Assembly: GCA_944363565.1 (NCBI GenBank)
Contig: CALVUI010000001.1
Location: forward strand, 16,818-80,817
DNA length: 64,000 bases
Reading direction: 5' to 3'
Source: an uncultured Bacilli bacterium
GTDB lineage: Bacteria; Bacillota_I; Bacilli_A; RFN20; CAG-826
Shown: piece after piece, positions 48,088 through 55,807 of the stretch
Layout of the letters: each line of letters starts with the position of its first letter
Position numbering within the stretch: the stretch's first letter is position 1
Program-made: the position numbers and the translations under genes
Notes under the pieces: model-generated
The model's input: only the letters and a program-made list of their open reading frames with translations
Told to the model about the DNA's origin: nothing
The model's database searches: none

Positions 48088-49183
48088 GAAAACGCCACTG
48101 ATGATGGCGGCCGCCTTGCTGCTTACGTCCTGCGGCTTCCTGCCGTCGAACGTCGAAGGCTACTACATCGAAGACGTGAATAAGGTCTCTAATGCCGATG
48201 GCTCGACGACCATCACCTTCACCTTTTCCGATCCCGAGATCCCCCCGATGGTCATCGACGTCCCGGCCGGACAAGATGGCCTCGGCATCGCCTCGATCAC
48301 CCACGTCCTCGATACCGAAAGCGATCCAGACCGCGTCATTTTGACCATCACCTATAGCGATGAGGAAGTCGATCCGACCGTCTTCTACATCCCGGTCCTC
48401 CAAGGGGAAGCCGGGAACGGGATCTACAACGTCACCTACGAGGCCATCACCGATCCCGAAAGCGAGCACTACCTCGACATCGAGGTCACCATCGCCTTCA
48501 CCGATCCCTCGATGCCCGATAGCGTCTTCTACGTCCCCCATGGCAACGGCATCGTCTCCATCCAGGAGGATCCCGAGAACTGGTCCCCGGATACCGGCTA
48601 CTACTACATCGTGACCTTTGAGGACGGCCAGACCATCAGGATCGCCGCCCCCCAGGGCGAACCCGGGGTCGGGATCAGCAGCATCGACTACGAGTTCGAC
48701 GAAACCAAGAATGTCATCAGGGTGACGATCGAACTGACTTCCGGCGAGGTCAGCGAGATCGAGATCCCGGCCGGGAACCGTTGGCACGTCGGTAGCGGCC
48801 TTCCGGCCTCTTCCCTCGGGGTCGACGGGGACTATTACTTCGACACCGCGACCGGGAACATCCACCGCAAAAACGGGAATGTTTGGGAACTGGTCGAGAC
48901 CATCGACTTCACCCATCCTAGCTACACCGTTACCTTCTTGGCCAACGGGGGTTACTTCCAGGTCACCCCGGAGGTGACCGGCGAATACATGACCCGGAAC
49001 GTCACCGAAGGGACTTATCTCACCGAAGACATGATCCCGGTTCCCCTCCATGAGGAAGGGAAGGTCTTCGACGGCTACTGGACTTGCGCTGATGAGCCCG
49101 GGCCCTTCGATGCCAAGCTTACGCTTCTCACGCCCATTACCCGCGATCTTACCCTCTATGCCCACTGGGCGGAGGCGGTGTAA
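48071..49183 (+). CDS. Lipoprotein with GxxGxGIxSI repeats, tail-fibre-like motif and C-terminal InlB B-repeat
   Basis: GGAGGA SD; lipobox LTSC; four G(N/L/V)GI repeats; YTVTFLANGG...FDGYW...LTLYAHW. Confidence 0.75.
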   Translation: MMKCPKKTPLMMAAALLLTSCGFLPSNVEGYYIEDVNKVSNADGSTTITFTFSDPEIPPMVIDVPAGQDGLGIASITHVLDTESDPDRVILTITYSDEEVDPTVFYIPVLQGEAGNGIYNVTYEAITDPESEHYLDIEVTIAFTDPSMPDSVFYVPHGNGIVSIQEDPENWSPDTGYYYIVTFEDGQTIRIAAPQGEPGVGISSIDYEFDETKNVIRVTIELTSGEVSEIEIPAGNRWHVGSGLPASSLGVDGDYYFDTATGNIHRKNGNVWELVETIDFTHPSYTVTFLANGGYFQVTPEVTGEYMTRNVTEGTYLTEDMIPVPLHEEGKVFDGYWTCADEPGPFDAKLTLLTPITRDLTLYAHWAEAV

Positions 49184-49224
49184 TCCATTAGGCGTTTTAT
49201 CAAAGGAGAAAGAACAAACACATT

Positions 49225-50376
49225 ATGTCCAACCGTTTCTGCCTCAATCCCGTCAGCTATCACGGCTACGGGGCCATCGAAAACATCGTTTCCGAGGCCA
49301 AGAACCACGCCTTCAAGAAGGCCCTCGTCATCACCGACGCTTCGCTGGTGAAGTTCGGGGTTGTCAAGCATGTCACCGACTTGCTCGACAAAGCCAATTT
49401 GGCCTACGCCGTCTATGACGAGGTCAAGCCCAACCCGACCATCGAAAACGTCACCGACGGCGTCAAAGCCTTCAAGGAAGAAGGGGCCGATTACATCATC
49501 GCCATCGGGGGCGGTTCCTCGATGGACACCGCCAAAGCCATCGGCATCATCGTCGAAAACCCCGAGTTCTCCGATGTCCGGAGCCTCGAAGGGACGGCCG
49601 CCACCAAGAAGGCCACCGCCCCCATCATCGCCGTCCCGACCACGGCCGGGACCGCGGCCGAGGTCACCATCAACTACGTCATCACCGACGTCGAGAGGAA
49701 GCGGAAGTTCGTCTGCGTCGATCCCCATGACATGCCGATCATCGCCGTCGTCGATCCCCTCATGATGGAAAGCATGCCCAAGGGCTTAACGGCCGCGACC
49801 GGCATGGACGCTTTGACCCACGCCATCGAAGGCTATATCACCAAGGGAGCCTGGGAGCTTAGCGACATGTTCCACCTCGAGGCCATCCGCCTCATCTCCC
49901 ACCACCTCCGTTCGGCCTACAAGGGCGAAAAGGAAGGGCGGGAAGCCATGGCCCTCGGCCAATACGTGGCCGGCATGGGCTTCAGCAACGTGGGACTTGG
50001 CATCGTCCACTCGATGGCCCACCCCCTCAGCGCCCTCTACGACACCCCGCACGGGGTGGCCTGCTCGATCCTCCTCCCGAGTGGCATGGAATACAATGCC
50101 GAGTACACGGGTGAGAAATACCGGGAGATCGCCCGGGCCATGGGGGTCAAGGACGTCGACTCCATGAGCGTCGGGGAATACCGCAAGGCCGCCATCGAAG
50201 CGGTCAAGAAACTCTCCGCCGATGTCGGCATTCCCGCTAACCTCAAGGGCATCGTGAAGGAAGAAGATCTCTCCTTCTTGGCCGATAGCGCCCTTGCCGA
50301 TGCCTGCTGCCCCGGCAATCCCCGCAATCCGACCAAGGAAGAAGTCATCGCCATCTACCGTAGCCTTCTCCGTTAA
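49225..50376 (+). CDS. fucO: Lactaldehyde reductase (Fe-containing alcohol dehydrogenase)
   Basis: GGGSSMDTAK, PTTAGT, TGMDALTHAIEGY, GIVHSMAH, DTPHG. Confidence 0.9.
   Translation: MSNRFCLNPVSYHGYGAIENIVSEAKNHAFKKALVITDASLVKFGVVKHVTDLLDKANLAYAVYDEVKPNPTIENVTDGVKAFKEEGADYIIAIGGGSSMDTAKAIGIIVENPEFSDVRSLEGTAATKKATAPIIAVPTTAGTAAEVTINYVITDVERKRKFVCVDPHDMPIIAVVDPLMMESMPKGLTAATGMDALTHAIEGYITKGAWELSDMFHLEAIRLISHHLRSAYKGEKEGREAMALGQYVAGMGFSNVGLGIVHSMAHPLSALYDTPHGVACSILLPSGMEYNAEYTGEKYREIARAMGVKDVDSMSVGEYRKAAIEAVKKLSADVGIPANLKGIVKEEDLSFLADSALADACCPGNPRNPTKEEVIAIYRSLLR
50357..50370 (+). repeat. Left copy of 14-bp target-site duplication ACCGTAGCCTTCTC
   Basis: Identical to 51888-51901. Confidence 0.9.
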
Positions 50377-51887
50377 GTGACAATGTAAAAGCGACGTAGG
50401 CTCCTTAATTCGTGCCCTTGCCTGAATTTTCTGCCCATTTTCGCGATTGTCCTGTCAAAGTTTGACTAAATTCCCGCCTTGGACGAGAATCTAGGCGAGC
50501 CGAAAATGCCTTCGCGCTTCCCGTGACTAAGTAATCGCGAAAGCTCAGGTCGGCTGTTTTCGGGCCCGGCCCGGCCCTTTTATGGAAGGTCAGATTAGTG
50601 GCGCTAACCTGACCTTCCTTTTGTCTATCTTCTTGATTCCAAGCGCCTCGAGAAAGGCCTTCCCGAACGCGCGCTCGGCCGCCTCGCTCGGCGTTCGGTC
50701 GCCCTTTCCCGCGCGGACGAGCGAATTGATGTTGTCGAACGCGCCGTCGACGTCCTCTTGGGTCAGCCCGTCGAGCGATTTCCCCTTGGGAAACACGTAC
50801 CGCACGAACCCGTGGTTCCTCTCGCATTCGGCTTTGTCGTTGGATCGGTATGGCCTGGCGTAGAAGGCGCGGCATTTGGTTGCGCCAGCGGATTTCGCGT
50901 AGCCTTCAATTTCGTAGAACGTCGCGAATTCGGTCCCGTTGTCGCAGAGGCAGGCCTCGAACGCGTTGGGGAATCCGGCGGCTATGAGCTTCGACATCAC
51001 GGCGACGATTGCCCTTTTGGCCGACGACGGGTCGCCTTTCTTCACCAGCCTCCCGATCTGCAGGTTGAACCTGGGGAACGTTATCGTCAGTATCGCCATT
51101 TTGTCGTCCTTTTTGCCGACGACGGAGTCGTATTGGGTGATGATCGCCCTTTTGTTGGCGGCCGTGTAATCGAGGAAGTCGCCGTGCGTCCTCCCGACGA
51201 GGGCGCGGACGTCGCGGATGACGATCTTCTTCGCCTTAGGCGCTTTGGGGAGGCCCCTCTTGAAGCGGACGTATCGGCGAAGCTCGTGCGGCTTCACGGA
51301 GAGGGCGCCGGAATAGACGAGCCTCCGGAGCGTCCTCTCGCAGCAGATCTCCCCCGCCCATTTGTTCGCGATGAAGACGTGGTGGATCGAACCCGTGTCC
51401 TTTATCTGCTGGGAAAGCGAGTCCAATTTGGCGACGCCGCTGGCCGAAACCCTGGTTCCGGACCTCGATTCCCTCCGCCTTCTCTCCGCCTCCGCGTCGG
51501 CGGACTCGTAGTCATAAAACCGCTTTTCGAACCGGCAATAGGACCTTTTGCCGCAGAAGTTGCATATGCCGAGGCGCCCAACCTTCGGGCACTTTCCGGC
51601 GCCGGGGTTCCTGATTTGGGAGCCCCGCTCGATTTCCCGGTAGACAGTGGATGCCCAGAACCCGATCCTCTTGGCGATCGACGCCGCGGATTCGCCCTTC
51701 GCGATGCAAGCCTGTATCAGCATTCTGTCGTTCATCGCTAATTTGGAGTGTTTGTTATCCTTTTTGGCCATGTTTTTTCCTCCTTTCGGAAAGGCCGGGC
51801 CGGACATGAGAATGATAGCATCCCGGCGGAAAAACATGGCCCCGATGCCAAAATGGGAAAACTTCGCGATTACTTTGTCACCTTACG
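50371..51887 (-). mobile_element. IS30-family insertion sequence (1517 bp)
   Basis: 26-bp imperfect terminal inverted repeats (20/26 match), flanking 14-bp direct repeat, single transposase. Confidence 0.9.
50590..51771 (-). CDS. IS30-family transposase
   Basis: HTH STVYREIER, QYDSVVG, DNGTEF, KAECERNHGFVRYVFPKG; AAAGGAGG SD before ATG 51771. Confidence 0.92.
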   Translation of the reverse strand: MAKKDNKHSKLAMNDRMLIQACIAKGESAASIAKRIGFWASTVYREIERGSQIRNPGAGKCPKVGRLGICNFCGKRSYCRFEKRFYDYESADAEAERRRRESRSGTRVSASGVAKLDSLSQQIKDTGSIHHVFIANKWAGEICCERTLRRLVYSGALSVKPHELRRYVRFKRGLPKAPKAKKIVIRDVRALVGRTHGDFLDYTAANKRAIITQYDSVVGKKDDKMAILTITFPRFNLQIGRLVKKGDPSSAKRAIVAVMSKLIAAGFPNAFEACLCDNGTEFATFYEIEGYAKSAGATKCRAFYARPYRSNDKAECERNHGFVRYVFPKGKSLDGLTQEDVDGAFDNINSLVRAGKGDRTPSEAAERAFGKAFLEALGIKKIDKRKVRLAPLI

Positions 51888-51901
51888 ACCGTAGCCTTCT
51901 C
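51888..51901 (+). repeat. Right copy of 14-bp target-site duplication, followed by the original fucO TAA
   Basis: ACCGTAGCCTTCTC-TAA. Confidence 0.9.
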
Positions 51902-51916
51902 TAAGAGGACTTACCG

Positions 51917-51941
51917 AGCCCGGCCCTCTGGCCGGGCTTTT
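51917..51941 (+). terminator. Original fucO terminator, now displaced by the IS
   Basis: AGCCCGGCC-ctct-GGCCGGGCT-TTT. Confidence 0.8.
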
Positions 51942-51958
51942 GTTATATAATCCTCCCG

Positions 51959-52681
51959 ATGGACGAATTGGGCTTGCTTAGAAAAGAAATCGGGGAAGCC
52001 AGATCCCTTTTCTTTTTGGGCGGGGCCGGGGTCTCGACGGCCTCGGGGATCCCGGATTTCCGAAGTCCCGCGGGCCTCTATGCGATCGAAAGCCGTTACG
52101 GTGTCTCCTATGAGGAAATGCTGAGCCGCGACTATTTTTACGACCATCCGCAGGAGTTCTACGAGTTTTTCTTCTCCTCGATGGTTTACCCTAGGGCCAA
52201 ACCCAACAAAGCCCACCTGGCTTTGGCGGACTTCGAGAAGAGGGGACACGAAGTCCATATCGCGACCCAGAACATCGACGGCCTCCACCGGAAGGCCGGC
52301 TCCAGCAAGGTCTATGAACTCCACGGGAACGTCTACCGTTACTACTGCACCCGTTGCGCCCGTCGCTTCTCTTATGGGGAAATCGCCCACGAGGGCGTTC
52401 CCCATTGCCCCTGCGGGGGAATCCTCAAGCCGGAGGTCACTTTGTACGGGGAGGAGTTGCCCCAACAGGCCTTGGGGGCAGCCCTCAGGGCCGTGAGGGA
52501 GGCCGATGTCATGATTTGCGGGGGAACCTCTCTTCGGGTTTATCCGGCGGCCGCCATCCCGGAGTATTTCATGGGGAAGTGCAAGATCCTCATCAACAAA
52601 GAGGCCACGCCCCTCGATCCCTATTTCGATTACGTCTTCCACGAGGACATCGGGAAGACCTTGGAGGCTTTGTTATCATGA
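51959..52681 (+). CDS. cobB: Sir2-family NAD-dependent protein deacylase
   Basis: GAGVSTASGIPDFR, TQNIDGLH, ELHG, CxxC...CxC, GTSLRVYPAA. Confidence 0.93.
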   Translation: MDELGLLRKEIGEARSLFFLGGAGVSTASGIPDFRSPAGLYAIESRYGVSYEEMLSRDYFYDHPQEFYEFFFSSMVYPRAKPNKAHLALADFEKRGHEVHIATQNIDGLHRKAGSSKVYELHGNVYRYYCTRCARRFSYGEIAHEGVPHCPCGGILKPEVTLYGEELPQQALGAALRAVREADVMICGGTSLRVYPAAAIPEYFMGKCKILINKEATPLDPYFDYVFHEDIGKTLEALLS

Positions 52682-53343
52682 AGAAACTGATCGGTCACTT
52701 CTTGACCATAACCAAACACCGTAACCGGGTTATCGCCAACGGTTTCCACATGGGGATCTTCTTCCATTGCCTAAGGCACGACCTTTCGAAGTACGGGCCC
52801 AGCGAATTCATCCCTTCGGTCAAGTACTACGCCGGCGACCATAGCCCGGTCTACGAAGAACGTCTCAACAACGGCTACTTCTCGAAGATCTGCCAGCACC
52901 ACACCCGTCGCAACAAGCACCATTACGAATACTGGACCGATTATTTCTTCGGAAGGGTCATCGCCAAGAGGATGCCCTATGTCTACGCCACCGAGTACGT
53001 CTGCGACGTCCTCGCGGCCTCGCGGACCTACCATCCCGAGTCCTTCACCGGCCTCAAGGCCCTCGAGTACTTCAAGACCCATAGCCAGAGGTACTTCATA
53101 AATTCGGCCACCTATGAGTACGTGTGCTACTGTTTGGGGGAGTACGCCAAAAACGGGTGGAAGAACCTTTCGAAAAAGAAGACGAAGGCGAAATACGCGC
53201 AGATCGCCGCCAAATATCCCGATGTCGAGATCTTTACCACCATGCCCTTAGGACCCGGTCTCCCGCCTCTAAAAGGCGATGGATTAAGGGCCGCGGAGGC
53301 TCTCGACAAGAGTAAAATCAAATTGGAGGACCAATCATGTTGA
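52678..53343 (+). CDS. DUF5662-like HD-fold protein
   Basis: HDLSKY, HHTRRNKHHYEYW, EYVCDVLAASRTY; ATGA coupling at 52678. Confidence 0.75.
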   Translation: MKKLIGHFLTITKHRNRVIANGFHMGIFFHCLRHDLSKYGPSEFIPSVKYYAGDHSPVYEERLNNGYFSKICQHHTRRNKHHYEYWTDYFFGRVIAKRMPYVYATEYVCDVLAASRTYHPESFTGLKALEYFKTHSQRYFINSATYEYVCYCLGEYAKNGWKNLSKKKTKAKYAQIAAKYPDVEIFTTMPLGPGLPPLKGDGLRAAEALDKSKIKLEDQSC

Positions 53344-53753
53344 TCGATGAAATCAAAAAGGCCTCGATGAAGGCCCTAAAGGAAAAAGACACCGCGACCA
53401 GAAATGCCCTATCGGCGGTTATCTCCCGTTATGGGATCATGGCGACCTCGGGTAACGGCAAGGAAGTAAGCGACGCCGACGTCATCAAGATCATCACCAA
53501 GGTCGACCGCGAGCTCGATGAAGAGATCGCTTCCTACGAGGCGGCGGGACGCTTTGAACAGGCCGAGGCCGTGAAGGCCCAGAAGGCCGCCCTCAAGCCC
53601 TATATCCCAAGCCTCATGGGAGAAGAGGAAATCAAGGCCATCATTCTCAGTCTCGAAGACCGGGCCGTGCCCGCGGTCATGAAGCACTTCAAGACCCATT
53701 ATGCCGGGCGGGTCGACATGGGGACGGTCAACAAGGTTTTGAAATCCCTCTAA
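53337..53753 (+). CDS. GatB/YqeY domain protein
   Basis: MKALKEKD, DADVIKII, YEAAGR, YIPSLM, VMK...GRVDM. Confidence 0.88.
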   Translation: MLIDEIKKASMKALKEKDTATRNALSAVISRYGIMATSGNGKEVSDADVIKIITKVDRELDEEIASYEAAGRFEQAEAVKAQKAALKPYIPSLMGEEEIKAIILSLEDRAVPAVMKHFKTHYAGRVDMGTVNKVLKSL

Positions 53754-53866
53754 GGCTTGACTGATATCCTTAGGGACCAGGGGATTCTTCGATTTATCCC
53801 CCTTTCAAAGAAGGCCCAAAAATCATAAGATATGGGGCACCGCGTTAGCGGTCCCATTGGCGAAGC

Positions 53867-53940
53867 GGGGGCTTGGTTCAATGGCAGAACAGAGGTCTCC
53901 AAAACCTTTGATGTGGGTTCGATTCCTTCAGCCCCCGCCA
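53867..53940 (+). tRNA. tRNA-Trp(CCA)
   Basis: GGGGGCT/AGCCCCC acceptor; anticodon loop CTCCAAA; CCA end; T-stem has one mismatch. Confidence 0.9.
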
Positions 53941-55750
53941 TCTGATAACTAATATTGTGATACAAAGCAAGGGTGTCAAATATCCGATATAAGTGCTCAA
54001 TCCTGGGCACTTTTTCTTTTTTTATCGTTTTGCCACTAGGAATTCCGGGTGTCAGTCGGCCATATTCCGGGAAGATACCAACACAGGATAATCAAATGCT
54101 GGTCCATTTCCGATGACCGACTTCAAAAACCGCGACACCCCACGACACCCCTGCAAAAATCCCAAGTTTGTCTCGGCTCAATCCCGCATCAGTCTCAATG
54201 TAGTCTCACTTTTGGAGAGAATACTTGATTCAAAAGGCCACGTCTAACATAAGTCATTTCCAGCCCAGGCGGAGATGGCTTTTTGGAGGCAGGATTATAG
54301 AGATGGGATTTTTAATTAACGGCCTCTTTTTATAACCCTATGCAGATGACTCGGTTACGCTGTTACGCTATAATAATAATAGTACGAATATGAAAGCAGT
54401 TTTAAAATATCTGACTATTACTTTTGCCTTAACTTATGCTTGTTGGTGGGGCGTAGCTGCTCTTGTAGCATATACTGATTTTGTATATGGCGACATATTA
54501 CCGACATTTATATACGTTGTAGGCAACTTCGGCCCGGCTATTGCCGCATTATTTTGCATTGACGGCAGACCCTACCTAACTTCATTGAAAAAATTTTTAT
54601 TCTCCTACAAAAAACGCGGAATATGGTTTTTCCTTTTATTCGTCGCCCTCGTTACGCTCACCGTAGGACTTTCTTCAATGGAATGGAATCCGCAAATGAC
54701 GGGGTTGAATTTTTTTATCTCGTTGCTCGGTTCCATCGTTGTTTACGGAGGTGAGGAAGAACTTGGCTGGCGAGGAATTTTACAGCCCACCTTATCTAAG
54801 AAAATGACATTACCGCTTGCCGCGCTTGCGTGTGGTGTGATATGGGCGTTATGGCATTTACCGCTTTGGTTTATAGAAGGCCACCCCAACCAGTCGATGC
54901 CCTTCTGGGTACAGGCAACGTTCGGCATATTTCTTTGCTTTTGGCTCGGCACAATTTATGAGCGTTCAAAATGTCTGCCGCTGTGTATGCTCTTCCACGG
55001 TTTTGCCAATGTGATGTTGTCGTCATTCGTCTTAAAACTGAACTGGGTATTGGTTGTCGGGATCATACTGACGACAGCCGTGGCAATCGCTCTTTGGCTG
55101 CTTGACTTAAAACAGGCAAAAGGTATAAACAACCAGCCGACAAGATGATAAAGGCGAATACAATGAAGTTACAACCGATGCAAAAAGCGGCAAACTTAGA
55201 GAAGCATTTTTGAATGTCGATATGGCCATAAGCAGATCGGCATGAGAATTACTAATCTTAAAGTCGCATCGTAAGTGGCGCTTTTATGATGTGTACCCAA
55301 AATCCTGGACAGTCCCATAGACAGGAGGTAATCAAAGTATGGGACGATACGACAAGACGCTCAATGCCGGAGGCAAGAGGAAGGCAAGGGAAGACTTCCT
55401 CGAGGAGATCGAGACCTGCACTCCCTTTTCTACATTTTGTTGTTGACATTGACACTCAACCAACAAACATCTTCAAACGTAAGCAAAGAAGTGGCATTTG
55501 GCATTTATTAAGGGGTTTCGTTTATCTAGTAAGGGTGTCTTTTGCTAGTAGGGGCGTCATTTTGTATTAAAGCGATAGCACAAAGACACATGCTTACCAA
55601 CGCCCAGCGATGGGCGTTTTTCATTTCGATGGCAGCCGAGGCAGGTGGAAAGGCACCTAAGTGAGACTATGGATGCAACATGTTGCTCAGGCTTGGCCGG
55701 AAGCCAGGCATGCTTAGAGTATTCGTATTGTTTTTCCTCATTTTCACCCT
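53941..55750. mobile_element. Small foreign-looking island after tRNA-Trp (right edge approximate)
   Basis: Drop in GC and change of codon style right after the tRNA; one intact gene. Confidence 0.5.
54390..55148 (+). CDS. CPBP (CAAX/Abi) family intramembrane glutamic protease
   Basis: EEELGWRG, WALWHLP, HGFAN motifs; multi-TM. Confidence 0.9.
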   Translation: MKAVLKYLTITFALTYACWWGVAALVAYTDFVYGDILPTFIYVVGNFGPAIAALFCIDGRPYLTSLKKFLFSYKKRGIWFFLLFVALVTLTVGLSSMEWNPQMTGLNFFISLLGSIVVYGGEEELGWRGILQPTLSKKMTLPLAALACGVIWALWHLPLWFIEGHPNQSMPFWVQATFGIFLCFWLGTIYERSKCLPLCMLFHGFANVMLSSFVLKLNWVLVVGIILTTAVAIALWLLDLKQAKGINNQPTR

Positions 55751-55807
55751 TAGAAATCTTCTTGTGTGACCGCACTTTGATATAATCAAAAAAGGAGTTG
55801 ATTGAAC

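Noticed and set aside
49225-50376. fucO as a member of the SipW/McrB cluster
   Set aside because: Ordinary metabolic enzyme separated by a 41-bp gap with its own SD; no functional link evident, though read-through cannot be excluded
51959-53753. Sir2 gene as a possible anti-phage effector (Thoeris/DSR type)
   Set aside because: Short classical zinc-binding CobB-type deacylase in a housekeeping-like operon with a YqeY gene
55149-55790. Short ORFs 55258-55455, 55286-55570 and 55557-55775
   Set aside because: No recognisable motifs and atypical codon usage; probably decayed island sequence
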